Below, in pieces: positions 1 through 14,370 of a stretch of 64,000 bases of DNA; positions within the stretch are counted from its first letter, which is position 1, and each line of letters opens with the position of its first letter. Source of the stretch: Eledone cirrhosa (Eukaryota); contig OZ024741.1 of the NCBI GenBank assembly GCA_964016885.1, positions 324,136,001-324,200,000 of the forward strand, in the 5' to 3' direction. Position numbers and translations under genes: made by a program. The notes beneath the pieces are model-generated. The model did no database searches. It was given only the letters and a program-made list of their open reading frames with translations, and had not been told where the DNA came from.

Positions 1-772
1 TTTATTTTCTTTCTCGATATATATTCGATATAACCCGTGTCTGTGTATTTATAATAAATAAAAATAACAATAACAAAAATAATAATAATGAAGTAATTCA
101 TCAGCTTTTAAGGTACTATTGTGAAGCGGTTTATTAATTTTTAAAATACAATATATCTATGTAGTCAGCTAGTCAACCGTTGAAAATAAGTCATTGTATG
201 TGTGTATATATGTGTGAGTGTATATATGTGCCTGTATTTATATGTATATATATATAAAAATTCGTGTGTGTGTGTGTATGATTGTCTGTATCTCTTGGTA
301 TGCATATGCTTGTCTATGTGTGCGTGTGTATGTGTGCGTATGCGTGTGCGTGGGTAACTGGCTGAGCGTGTGTATGGTTGTATTTTTCTTTGTGTGTGTA
401 TATCTGTATATAATTTCGAGCGTTCGTGTACGTGCGCACGAGTGTGTCTTTATGTAAAAGCTTGGTATAGTGTGGGTGTCTGTGTGTGTATATATGTGTG
501 GCTGTACACCTGTGTGTATATATGTGTGTGAGCGTACGGATGTGTGTATGTATCCGTCTTTATGTGTGTATATGTGTGTGTGTATGTATGCGTGTGTATG
601 TGTATGTCTGTGTGTGTGTGTATATATACATATGTATGGTGCATGTCTGTGTGTGTATGTATACGTGTGTATGTGTATGTGTGTGTATGTCTGTGTGTGT
701 CTGTCTGTGTGTGTATGTTTATGTATGGTGTATTATGCGTCTGTATGGTGTATGTCTGTCAGTGTGTATGTA

Positions 773-1666
<894 letters not shown>

Positions 1667-2419
1667 TATGCGTGTGTATGTGTATGTTTGCGTGTGTATG
1701 TGTATGTCTGTGTATGTGCATGTATGTGTGTGTATGTATGCGTGTGCATGTGTATGTCTGTGTGTGTATGTCTCTGTGTGTGCATGTATACGTCTCTAGT
1801 GTATGTTTGCGTGTGTGTATGTATGAGTGTGTATGGGTATGTCTGTATGTTTGTATGCGTGTGTATGTGTATGTCAGTGTGTGTATGTCAGTGTGTGTGT
1901 ATGTATGCCAGAGTATTTGTATGTTTGTGAGTGTGTATGTATGTCTGTGTACGTATATGTCTCTGTGTGTGTATGTATGCGTGTGTATGTGTACGTCTGT
2001 GTTTGTATGTCTCTGTGTGTGTATGTATGTGTCTCTAGTGTATGTATGCGTGTGTATGGGTATGTCTGTGTCTGTGTATGTATGCATATGTATGCGTATG
2101 TCTGTGTGTATGTATGCATATGTATGTGTCTGTGTGTGTTATGTTCTGTTACATCAAAGCTTGACTTCTTTATACTCTGCACTCCAAAGTGTACGTGAGA
2201 ATTCTGAACACCGTTAATTAATTTTCCGTGAGTAATATGTCATTTTAGCAACCGATCAAGAAGAGCTGTCAATATTGCATCATCAGCATCATCATAACCA
2301 CCACCACCACCACCACCATCCTCATCATCGTCATAATTATCATCATCATCATCATCGTCATCATCGTCATCATCATCATCATTATCATCGTCATCAATGT
2401 TGTCATCATTATTATTATC

Positions 2420-3042
2420 CTTGGCAGTATCAGTAGAGAGTCAGACACCTTCTTTGCAGCATAGAGTTACGCTCCTTTACGGTCTGAGTTCAAATCCCGC
2501 TGAGGTTAGCTTTGCCTTTTATCCTTAAGGGGTCGATAAAATAAAGTACCAGTAACGCACTGGGGTCGATTTAGCTGACTTTCCCCTCCCCCAAATTACT
2601 GGTCGTGTGCCTATACTAGAAATCATTATTATTATCCTTAGGGCGGTGAATTGGCAGTATCGGTAGAGGGTCGGACGCCATGCTTTGACGCATAGAGTTA
2701 CGGCCCTTGCCATTCTGAGTTCAAATCCCGTTAACTTTGCCTTTCATCCTTACGGGGTCGATAAAATAAAGTATCAGTAAACTACTGGATAATTTGCTGG
2801 CCTTGTGCCAATAGTAGAAACAATTATTATTATCCTTAGTGGATTAGCGGTGGATTAGCAGAATCGGTAGACCATCAGACAGCATGCTTTTCAGCATAGA
2901 GTTACGGCCCTTTACATTCTGAGTTCAAATCTCACCGATGATAGCTTTGCCCTCATCCTTACGGGGTCGATAAAATAAAGCACCAGTGATGCACTGTCGT
3001 AATTTCTGGCCTTCTGCCAAACGTAGAAACAATTATTATCAT
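2420..3042 (+). mobile_element. Three tandem tRNA-derived SINEs (Nin/Deu-like central domain, (ATT)n tails)
   Basis: A box tggcagtatcggtag, B box gagttcaaatccc, core gcctttcatccttacggggtcgataaaataaagtaccag, tail gtgcc..agtagaaacaattattat. Confidence 0.85.
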
Positions 3043-3177
3043 TAGTATTTTTATTTTGTACTGTCACTGTATGACCGAGCACAGCTCGGTGTTCCTTGGG
3101 TGTGTGCAGTTTTATGTTTTGGTATTGATGCTTTATTGTTTGAAAATAACCTACGCAATATATGTGCAATGTCGTCG

Positions 3178-3293
3178 TCTTCTTCTTCTTCTTCTTCTTC
3201 TTCTTCTTCTTCTTCTTCTTCTTCTTCTTCTTCTTCTTCTTCTTCTTCTTCTTCTTCTTCTTCTTCTTCTTCTTCTTCTTCTTCTTCTTCTTC
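3178..3293. repeat. (CTT)n microsatellite
   Basis: Perfect ctt run of about 115 bp. Confidence 0.97.
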
Positions 3294-3294
3294 T

Positions 3295-5400
3295 CCAAAT
3301 ACAAAATGGCCAGAGCTAGCGAATTAGACCGACGTAGAAAGAGCACTGAAAATATTGATGGTTGATATATCGAGGTACCGACAAATTTTGTGCATTTTGT
3401 GGTCTCTAAAGGCCATGAAACACTTCGTGGTACTCTGTCGAAGTGAAAACTATTTTTTCTACCAGTCTTATTTAAGAAGAAAGACAGTACCGGACAATAT
3501 TTGCGGGATCCAACCAGAGGTGAATATCTGGTGGATATTAGCGAACATCGGTGTAGAGGTAAGCAACACCCTCCTGGAAGTGAAACGCATCCAATAAGAA
3601 AACAGGTCTGGGATCGATGTGAAAGTACTACTCCATCTCAAACCAGATGACATTCAGAAGGGGTGGATTTTTATGGTATATTTAAGAGCAGAACGCACCT
3701 CCCTGCCATCTGTGTGGGCAAATTGGCCGCTTGAGAAATTTATGAATTCAACGGAAGTCAGGGAACCAAAGGGCTCCAATGCTGCCAACGCCAGAACCCC
3801 AAAATCCACACCAACAACACCAACAGCGAATAAAAACACGGTTGCACCAACCCCGATAACAGCAAAACCAACAGCTGTAGCAGCAGCAACACCATTATCA
3901 GCAACAAAAGCAAAACCAAGATCACCCCCAACAACAGGAGTAGAAGCATCACGACAACCTCCAACAGAATACAGAAAAACAACAGACGTTTCCTCTAAAT
4001 ACAAACACACTCATAATCAATCTCAGAAACAGAAACACACAAACCAGAAAACACCCTCAACAAATACAGACACATCTACAACAACACCGACCACACAATC
4101 AACACAACCACCTAAAAACGTAATCATACACAACAACACTCAAAAACACAGAGACCAAACTTCGTGTTAGTGAGGAGGGCCAACAAGAAATGGATGGTCC
4201 TCATATCATAATGTGAGGATATTGAGAGAGGAGACATTCTTTGCACCAGCACATTTAAAGTACCATAAACATTAATGATGGTGTTTATGTCTCTTGAAAG
4301 TTACAAAAACAGTAGGAAGAACATACTCTACGATATGGGAACTTTTAATATAAAAGCCATCAGCAGTTTTTTGAAGGGGTTCTCAGAGGAATCTCAATCA
4401 AATATGGAGATCTAAAGACTGGAGTCCCCCTGGAAGCAAGGTCGCATGCCCAACGGCCATCTGCGAGACCATGATTACCGACACGCACTAGCACACATGT
4501 TTTAGTAAATGGTAATCTACGCATCTCTTAGATGGGCTTAGGAAAGGCCTAGTTAACGAGGCACAGACAATCTTCCTGGATCCGGACGATAATTTTGTGA
4601 TCCTCAATGTGAGCAAAAGCGAGGGTCGTACTTCTAGACTGACTGCCGTGATTTCTTCAGTCACCTAGTGACTTTTCATGGAAGGTGTGTGCGGCTTTCC
4701 AGTGGCACTATGTGCAACTATTTGGGAAAAACAGTGGGACGGAGATGGTGGCAGACTATAGTTCCTACCACAATTAGTTGCCGTGACTTTCGACAGAAGA
4801 AAGGGAGTGCTGCGAAAAGTCAATAACACCAACCAAGATACGGCACTCTCGGCAGCTAGGGTGATGCTTCGCCCTGCTCTGGAATTCTGTTGTTTTAATT
4901 TATTTTTATTTTGTTTCCTGTTTTATTTGTTTACGCGATTATATATATCCCCTCTGCCCTTTGATTTGTCCCTTGCTTTTCGACCCTAGAGGCTAAGAAA
5001 AAAAGAATTATTATAATTATTAGTCCTTGGCATGATGGTGCTACAGATTGGAATCTGCACTTCGAGGCATGCTCTATTGGCACAGAAGTACAAGCTGCCC
5101 ATCTATTACAGAGTTGTGGACTTATGTCGAACAACTGCTACCACGTTTAGGACAGATCCGGGTATCAGCCGGATCTATAGTGAACCAGCACCTTCCTTTA
5201 GAAGAGAGGTGCGGCAAGTCTTCCTCTCTCTTGTAGCTATGCCAAAGGAAGCTTTATGCTCGTCTAAAAAGAATGAAGACAGGAATTTTCCTTTCTGGCC
5301 CAAACCTCATCGACTTGCTCAAGTGCCACTTGAAGAGAAATATGATGGTGGAGAGGAGACACTGCCTTTCTGTCTGATTTATAAAAGATGACACCGGCAA
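3295..5400 (+). mobile_element. Degraded, internally deleted Tx1/L1-like LINE (ORF1 remnant plus ORF2 fragments)
   Basis: Thr/Pro-rich ORF1-like segment at 3619-4170 resembles 38444-39158; 5040-5390 resembles the ORF2 C-terminus at 34960-35300. Confidence 0.65.
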
Positions 5401-7349
5401 GAATGACATGAATGAACGGGCCGAATTTGCCTATGCTTTACTAAGGAAGGAAACCGGGAGAGGACACTTTTAATGCCTGTGAAGTAACAGAGTAATCAAG
5501 GGCTTTCCTGGGCTTCTCCCTGTGGATACCCTAAAGTGCAGTCTCCCAATATTGAAGAACCTGTCCTTGTTGACATTTTTATTGTTTTCTTTATCTTTTT
5601 TTTCTATCTTATGTATCTTAATTATAATATATTTTATAGTTATTCCTACTGTTTTCACCTCAGTGATGTCCACTTCCTTTACTTGATGTAAACCTCACTA
5701 TATGTTGTGTAGTGTTGCATTTGTCCTTGTATTGTCCTCAATGACCTGGGCCCTTGTGGCCGATAAGAGAAATTATTATTAATATTTTGATTACTCTTTT
5801 TTCTGATAATATTGTTGTTTTTATTGCTGTTGATGTTTATTGATATTGTTGTTTTCATTTTCATTTGTTTGCAATTGTTATTGTTGCTATTGATGCAGTT
5901 GCTATTGTCGTTACTGTTGTTTCAGTTTTCTCATCTTTAATTACATTAGATTCTGCACCATAAATATTGAATTTCAATCTCTCGCCATTTCGTGCTGAAA
6001 TAATCAACGTATTATCATAAAGACAAGAATAGTTCATGCATCAACAATTAGAAGAGTCGTTAAATAACTTATGTTCAGTGTGTAGAACATAAGAGTGATT
6101 ATATACCGTGGAAAGCAATTACCAGGACCATTCTTCTTATAAATAATGAAACTGACACTAGTAAAACTGCCATCAATAATATTGGTAGCATTAATAATGG
6201 AGAAAGTAATAAAACAAACCCTTCCACCAATAATCATCGATTATATACAAGCATTCCAAACACTAAATTTGAACAATTTAAAAGAAAAATTGGTTACTTT
6301 TGACTTGGAGAAAACAACAATAACAAGCAGTTTCGGGTCATTTTCTTATGCGGGTCTCATATTTAACTTTTCCATTTTATCCTATCATCTAAATCCTGTT
6401 TTCTTTTTCATTTCCTTTATCATCTTTCGCCATGCTTTTCATGATCTTTTCCTACTCCTTATTACTTTCCATTCTATTTATTTTATAATGTATGGGATTT
6501 CTAGTAATTCACTTTTTTTTTGTCAAGTATAATGTTTTTTAATGTATAAAGAAAATTAATTGTCATAGGAATATTACTACTCGCCGATGAGAGATTAGCA
6601 AATTTTAATAAGCCGTGGTCTAGGAATAAAATCGAGGGGTTTGGAAAAAATCTGAAAAATGTATAAGCAATATGGAGGGTTGGGACATTATTCGAGATCC
6701 GAGAGTACAAACAGGCCCGGTACGATCACTAAGGCAGATTTGGCAGACATCGTAGAATATTAATAATTTTGTGTAGCAGCAAAATTCGGCTTTCTAAAAG
6801 AGATTATTATTTTTTTCTTTATTTGTTATGTCTAACTTAATAACTTTATTATGTTGTGAGTTACGTTCATTTTATGACCACCATTAAGGAGGCCTAGAAC
6901 GCTGACTGAAGAGAGGTGCATTGCAAGCCTTAAAGGATCTGTTTTATACAAATTTGTACAATTGAATTAAATATTTAATAATTTCCTGCGATTATTAAAT
7001 ACTTCACGAAATATTTTTGCGTGTAGTAGCGTTGTAGAAAAGTCAAAACTATAAAGAGTGCTGTATAGTGTTATGAGCTGCAATATAATTTGACATGGGT
7101 GAGTGTGAACAGCATAGTTGAAGATGCAGGCTTAATAATTTTTTTTTAGTAAGGCCAGAACAAGAAGTAAATTATTGTCAGCTTAGTAAAGTGTAAGTTC
7201 CTTTGGGACAATGGGGTTTTTAACAGGAAATAAGAGACGCACACTTTTGAGCTAACCTAGGGTACTAAATACTCAGGTGCCTCATTTGAGCACTAGACTA
7301 TGTATATATTGGTGTAGTCGATATAATCGACACGCATTATATTACCCGC

Positions 7350-7455
7350 CGAGGTTAACCTTGCCCTTCATCCTTACGGGGTCGATAAAATAAAGTACCA
7401 GTAATGCACTGGGTAATTGCTGGCCTTGCGCCAAGAGTAGAAACAATTATATTAC
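7350..7455 (+). mobile_element. 5'-truncated SINE
   Basis: SINE core and tail identical to the other copies. Confidence 0.8.
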
Positions 7456-7717
7456 TAGTACTACTAGTACTACATGTGATGTCTATGAAAGGTAGAAATC
7501 TATATATTTTGGAGAGGATAATGTTTAATGAATTCAAGGTTACTGGTGGAATGTAAAATATAATTGTAAGGTGATGAGATGCAAACTTAACTGTGATTTA
7601 AGCATGTCAAGAACTATGCTCCCGCGAATTTATAACATTCGCTTATCAAATAGGTATGTTCTTCTTTTATACACTCATTCATATGCACACACGTATCTAT
7701 ATCAGCATGTTTAGGTT

Positions 7718-7945
<228 letters not shown>

Positions 7946-8452
7946 CAGTTTTTGGCACTGATGTAAGGGATATCTCAATGAATAAGATAGCTAAAATTAT
8001 CTAGATCAGAGAAGCATATAAACATAATTTACCTTATGCCAAATTATCCGTAGTGGGAATACAAGCCAAACCCATTAACACAAGAGAGTTTCGCTCGCTT
8101 GTTATCTCTAACTGCAGTTTCTTGTTTTAAGAAACTATTAATTATCTTAATAAACCACGACAACCACAGACGACGTCATCCTCTCATTACTTCGGGTAGA
8201 CAAAGAAGTGATATAACCTGCCTATAACTGCAAAAGCACAAACTTCGAACGAGTTTCTTATTATAGAAGTTATTTCAGTCCTGAAATATTAGGACAAGAA
8301 TATAAAATAACTGGAGACACACTAATATATTCGTTGCCTTCAATTTATTTCAAAATGCACCGTCCATTTTGCATTGTGGTAGACTTCGAAAAACATGCTA
8401 CGTTATACACTAACACAATGCTTCACGCAAAATATAACACCCTCTTATATAA

Positions 8453-8513
<61 letters not shown>

Positions 8514-8735
8514 TTTCGTTTCTGAATTTGTTTAGCAAGATTCTTTATCTGAAATCGTGTGTTGAAACCGATAGTGTTATACTTTGGGAGGGTCATGTTG
8601 CCAATAAGAAACACACGCACCAGTTGCTTTCACTTCAATTTATTATATATTTATAAATTTATAAATTTATAAATTTATAGATTTCTGGTTTCTGGTTGGT
8701 TGGTTGGTTACACAACCAGATAGTTGTTTATATAT

Positions 8736-8780
8736 AGTCATAGTTCTTTCGTCACACACTCTGTGACCTCTTCAGTGACT
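8736..8780 (-). ncRNA. Minimal type I hammerhead ribozyme in the PLE pLTR
   Basis: Reverse complement: AGUCA-CUGAAGA-G-GUCACA gagug UGUGAC-GAAAG AA CUA-UGACU (5-bp stem I, CUA cleavage triplet). Confidence 0.75.
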
Positions 8781-8980
8781 GGGGATTCCTTTCTTTGTTT
8801 CTGTGCCTCTCCTTTGTTCTGTCCTACGCCATTTTGTTTCTGTGTGTGTGTTGTGTGCTCAGTCTGCGCATGCGCCACATCCGGGTGTCTGTGTGTGTTT
8901 ATGTTCATTTATTTATTTGTTTATTTACATGTTACTGGTTGGTTGTTTGTTCTATGTGTGTGTGTGTTTTCATTTTGTCC

Positions 8981-10681
8981 TTAATTGTAAGTTGTGATGT
9001 TGCTGTTCCACTCATATTTTCTATTTAATTTTGGTTGTAATTCTTTTATGTTTATTGCCTCTGTAATTTGTCTAAACATTGCGTCTTTTCTGTGTGTAGA
9101 TTCTATTTTTATTTCTATGTTCTCTAATTTACCCTTGTGTTCTATCTTAGCACGTTGGTAGAGTACAGATGATTCTTTATTATCTTGAAGGTCTCGCCCG
9201 TGTTTATTTATCCGTTCCCCTACACTACGAGCTGTCTCACCTATGTACACTATATTTTTGTCTCTACATTGTCCTTCAGTACATCTTATGTTTTACACTA
9301 CATTTCTAGTTTTACAGTTAATATGGGGGCTTATTTTACAGGTTATACATTTTTTATCTATACATGAGGGTCTTTGAAAAGGGTATGTCTTGCTAATAAG
9401 TGTTTTTACGGAGGTACCTGGTCTTTCTACTATCTTAATATTGAGTTTATGTTTATTTAGGGCCCTTCTAAATTTGTAAGCTAATTCACCTCTAGGGGTT
9501 GTATCGATGAACAGTACACTCTGGTATTTATTGCTATCATACCATGAGTTTATTCTATTAGCCTTGTTCCTAGTTCTTTCTATTCTATTCCAAAATTTGC
9601 TCCTATACAAGGGGCAGGTCCCGTTTATGTCATTATTTACCACTTTTTCCCAATTGGTTCTGGCTCCTCTATACACTCTGATTTTATCTCTCTGATTGTA
9701 GCCAGAGAACTGCATACGGTGGATGAAGTGTTGTATGTGTCTCTCTAGTTCTTCGGGGTTGCACATGCGGGACACATTTCTCATCACCCGTACCAAATCC
9801 GCAATCAGTATGTTGATTTTGGTATGGTCCGAAATGGCCGAGTTTCGGTTGATCAGATGTTTGGAAGTCATGGGTTTGGCATAATGGGAATGGAGGATTT
9901 GTTTTTTGTTGTTAATGGTATCTAACCAGAGCTCTGTGTCTAGTACAGGTAATCGATGGTTGGGGTGTTTACTTGGGTAGTCTATAGTAACTCTAATGCT
10001 CTGGTGGATGGAGTTTGCTATTTGCTGGATGCTTTCCATTATGTTTTTCTCTAGTTCCTGACTGTTCTCTAGTGGGGGTGTCTTAACTACGATGTTTATA
10101 TCATCTACGTAGCAGGAGTACATTATCAGGGTTAAGGGGTCTTCTAATTGTTCTTTAAGTTTAAGTTTAAGTCTACTGTCCCACCATACCATGAATAAGT
10201 TAGCTATGTCGCCTGCAATGCTAACACCAATGGCTGCTCCTTCCTCTTGGGCATATGTTTTTCCATTAAATTTGAACATATGTTCCTTAAGGGTTAGTTT
10301 TATGCTGGCCTCTACCGCATGTGCAATCATTTTCTTCAGTTCATCGTGGTTTTCGGGTGTCCGTATGGCTCTGGTCCACCCGTTCCATCTATCTGTGTGG
10401 GTTTTCTTGGCCATTGAGGTAATGTTAGGTGGTCTGCCTCTTGCTGGTCTTGTAGGGCACAGGTTGCTAAGGTCATATGTGTATAGGTAACTATTACTAT
10501 AGGTAAGCTTAAGTAGGAGTCCCAGCTCACTGGTATCAATCCCACGGAACTCAACCTTGCTCTCACTGATCATTTCTACGCATTTCTCCACAGCAAAATC
10601 CACGTCAATAGATGGATACAGGGACACAACATCCATACTGCCTATTATGCAGTTTGTTAGGTCCCCAGATCGGTTACTCAC
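8981..10681 (-). pseudogene. PLE polyprotein remnant (RT-thumb-Cys linker-GIY-YIG), in-frame stop near 9293
   Basis: ORFs 9293-10681 and 8981-9250 are collinear and in the same frame. Confidence 0.88.
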
Positions 10682-10810
10682 GCCGATTCTGCTGAGGAGG
10701 TCCTACAACCAACCAACCAGAAATCTATAAATTTATAAATATATAATAAATTGAAGTGAAAGCAACTGGTGCGTGTGTTTCTTATTGGCAACATGACCCT
10801 CCCAAAGTAT

Positions 10811-10884
<74 letters not shown>

Positions 10885-11049
10885 ATATATATATAATAAT
10901 AATAATAATGATACTATTTATAGTTATGTATATACTATACTATATATAACTATAAACAGGAAAGGTCAGTAATTTATTACTACCTTATTACCGGTAAGAG
11001 AAATAGTTCAATGTAAGAACATCAGGTGCTTTACAAAGCAGGAATGTAA

Positions 11050-11084
<35 letters not shown>

Positions 11085-11088
<4 letters not shown>

Positions 11089-11989
11089 TATTGAAGTTTC
11101 CGTTGAAAATTGAAAAAGTCATAGTAGTGAAGAGTGCTCTATGTAAGTACCAGAGCAAAATTTAATGTATAATAAACAATACAATATAATTACCTCATTA
11201 CCAGAGGTTTGCCGAATAAGAAGAATACGAAAAAAACGTCCTCATTCGTTCGTCGGACAAGGCAATATAAAACATAGTGAAATATTTGGAAAATCTCTTC
11301 AAGAAATGCAAAAAAAAATATATATATATATAAATAAAAGTAATGCAAGAGATATATAAAATATATAAAAAAAATATAAGGAAATATAGTTAGGTGTGTG
11401 TATATGTATGTATATACACTCACAAATGTACATATGTATGTATGTACAAATGCATGTGTATGGTTAAAATGTGTGCGTAAGTACATATATGAGGGCAAGT
11501 ATATTTGTGTAAATCTAACGACAAATACGGATATAATATGAATTGAAAAAGAAAAAAGAAAATGATAAATATAGTTGACATGTATCCAGATACAGGTATT
11601 AGATACACATACGAGTATGAGAGCACGCGTATAAACACACACACACGCGCGGTCACTTATATGCGGAAGATAAAGAGGGAAGGGAGTATAATAGTTAAAA
11701 GAAAGTGTCATTCTCGATATATGTATAAAAATGAAACAATATATGAGAAAGAAAAAAAATGTTAAATGAAAGAGAAAGTAGTCAATTAACACTAGAGAAA
11801 AGAAAACAAACATAGGTACACGCATACATACACATATATCTATAAAAAACATATATCTATAAAAAAATATTTATACACGCAAATACGTACAGACAAAAGC
11901 GCATGTATGCGTACATACATACATAGGATGCACGTATATATAGACATACATATCGCCCCATGTATATCTAATCACACATACGTACGCGA

Positions 11990-12070
<81 letters not shown>

Positions 12071-13560
12071 TACACGTACACATACACACCCATGCACACA
12101 ATATATATATACACACATACACACATACACATTCACGTACATTCACCCGCTTACACACACACACACATAATAATAAGAATGTAAAAAACATAGATGTAAA
12201 ACACAGATATAAAAAAACACACATACACACACATATATATACACGCACGCACGCGCACATACGGAGGCGTTCGTGTACATATACAGAAGGTATACACACA
12301 TAAAGACACTCAGACACATAGATACAGAGTATAAAGCAGCCTTATGAATAAATGAGTACAAATATAAAAATATAAAATCGGCTGCGGAACAACAGAAAAT
12401 ATCTGGAGTGGAAAACGCAAGTGACCTGTATAATCAGGTAGTAAAGAAAATAGGGAAGTAAAATGTGGAATGTGAAGATATTAGGTAAGTGAATCGAAGA
12501 ATAAAGGGGGGTTACTGGTGGATGTGAAGTAAAAATAAAAATAAAATTAAAAATAAGGTTAAAAATGAAAGTAAATCAGAAAGAGTAGTCTTTAAAGAGA
12601 ATAATTTAAGTGAAGAATAAGAGCTTATGGAGGATAAATATCTGAAAGTGAGTTAAGTCTATATGAGCTGGAAAGCAAGTGTGATTTCATGTGTGGGCAA
12701 CTGGTGAAAATTTCTGTCTTTGTATTTAGGCAGGTTTTTGGTGATTTAAGGTTTTGTAAAATCCAATATTTTTCATTTATGCAGAGTGTGCATTTTCTTG
12801 TTCCTCTTGCATATTCTTTAGATTGGTTCAAAATTGACCAATCCAATTTATATTGGATACCTTGGTCTTTCCAATCCCATATTCTGCTAGCCAGAGCTGT
12901 TGTGAATCTTTTTTCTGGATGTCGGAAGGATGCGACATGTGAGTAATAACGCATTTTGAATTTGTCTTGTGTCATACCCACATATCGTTCACTGGTGGCT
13001 GGTTGGTTGTTGCTGATGGTTGTCACTTTAGCCGCATATACAATGGCTTTGGTGTTGCATTTACCTTGTAATGGGCATTCACTTTTGACTCTACAGGAGC
13101 AATTTTGATGTTCTCTGGGTGATTTTTTGTTGATGTTATAAGATTTAATAGGGGGACCGCAGGAGTAGCTAATTTTGACACAGTTTCTTTTGAAGATCTT
13201 ATAGTATCTATGTGTTCTAGGGAAATGTTTATCTAAGAGCTCTAGGAATGTTTTGCCTACATGAGTTTTAACTGCTAGAGAGTATGGGGGGGTGAACCAG
13301 ATTATTTTTCTTTTCCTATTTTTATGTATAAAAGAGTTAGTATAGTTGGGTATGTACTTAATCGGCTCGCTGAATCCGCTATTTTGAAGGGCTTTATTAT
13401 AGTAGGGGGATGCCTTATTGAAAATAGCTTCTGAGGAAGAGAGGGTGGAGATCCTACGGCTAATATTAGGGATAAGTTTTTTTAAAAACTATAGGAGGAT
13501 GGCAAGAGCCTTTATTTATATATTTTAAATTTTCATTAGGTTTATGGTATGGTTTATAAT
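11085..13560 (-). mobile_element. Naiad-like Penelope element A, 5'-truncated, long AT-rich 3' region (3' boundary uncertain)
   Basis: Translation YKPYHKPN..HPP..RRISTLSSS..IIWFTPPYS..KHFP..CSCRVKSECPLQGKC (CxCx5Cx5C)..YVGMT..FKMRY..CTLCINEK. Confidence 0.8.
12625..13558 (-). pseudogene. Naiad-like PLE thumb, linker and GIY-YIG endonuclease coding remnant
   Basis: Frame open from about 13480 to the stop at 12625; one frameshift in an A-run near 13480. Confidence 0.85.
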
Positions 13561-13568
13561 ATATATAT

Positions 13569-13684
13569 ATTCAGCCTGTCATAAGAAAAAAATGGATATT
13601 CCTACCAAACCGTTACTACAGTGTATATCTATAGTAGTAACGGTTTGGTAGGAATATCCATTTTTTTCTTATGACAGGCTGAAT
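13569..13684. repeat. Perfect inverted repeat (about 50-bp arms)
   Basis: attcagcctgtcataag...ccgttactac / gtagtaacgg...cttatgacaggctgaat. Confidence 0.9.
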
Positions 13685-13856
13685 TAGTTGGGGCCAGAAC
13701 ACTTTAGGACCTCTTTATGTCACTGTTGTAATTATAGATATATACACACACACACATATATATATGCAGAGGTTATATTTAATTTGTTGGGATTCAACAA
13801 GCTTAACATTTTTTATAACTGATATAAAGCACACAACAGGGTGAGTGGAGTAAATA

Positions 13857-14220
13857 ACAATATATTAATAAATGGAAACTATATTTATAAAACCATAATT
13901 ATTTTATTATATATATTTCATGGGCGACCAAGGTAGATTATAGTGCGCTTTCATCAGATAAAATACAGATTTGTTTTATAAATAAATATTGATATACCCG
14001 GAAAAAAAGACAGCCTCAACTGTTGAAATTCGCTGGATAGTCTATCCAGCGAAATTCAACAGTTGAGGTTGTCTTTTTTTCCGGGTATATCAATATTTAT
14101 TTATTAAACAAATCTGTATTTTATCTGATGAAAGCGCACTATAATCTACCTTGGTCGCCCATGAAATATATATAATAAAATAATTATGGTTTTATAAATA
14201 TAGTTTCCATTTATTAATAT

Positions 14221-14225
<5 letters not shown>
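13857..14225. repeat. Near-perfect 370-bp palindrome (inverted pLTR pair) with an HHR motif in each arm
   Basis: Centre gctggatag-t-ctatccagc at 14041; arms complementary with few mismatches. Confidence 0.9.
14117..14182 (+). ncRNA. Hammerhead-like motif (twin on - strand at 13900-13965)
   Basis: UAUUUUAU-CUGAUGA-(irregular stem II)-GAAA U AUAU AUA-AUAAAAUA; same stem I and III design as 31019-31087. Confidence 0.6.
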
Positions 14226-14284
<59 letters not shown>

Positions 14285-14325
14285 GAAAGTAAAACAAAGA
14301 AGCCTTCAATACATCAACAGTCTTT

Positions 14326-14370
14326 ATTAGCCGACAATGTTTCGTCCTATTAAGGACTCATCAGGGCAAT
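14326..14370 (-). ncRNA. Minimal type I hammerhead ribozyme at the 3' end of Naiad B
   Basis: Reverse complement: AUUGCC-CUGAUGA-GUCCU UAAU AGGAC-GAAAC AUU GUC-GGC(U)AAU, overlapping an AAUAAA. Confidence 0.85.

Larger units (their letters stand above)
8510..10815 (-). mobile_element. Penelope-like retroelement (RT + C-terminal GIY-YIG), 5'-truncated, with an inverted pLTR fragment at the 5' end, flanked by (TA)n
   Basis: RT motifs SMDVVSLYPSI, GAAIG, YVDD and endonuclease motif YIGETARS; 10705-10815 is an inverted copy of about 8576-8705. Confidence 0.9.

Noticed and set aside
2640-2730. tRNA-like A and B boxes
   Set aside because: They are SINE heads continuing into the SINE core and tail; no cloverleaf evident
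6575-6710. Possible DNA-transposon terminus (..ttattcgagatccgagagta)
   Set aside because: Only a short tactctcg/cgagagta match and no clear partner TIR
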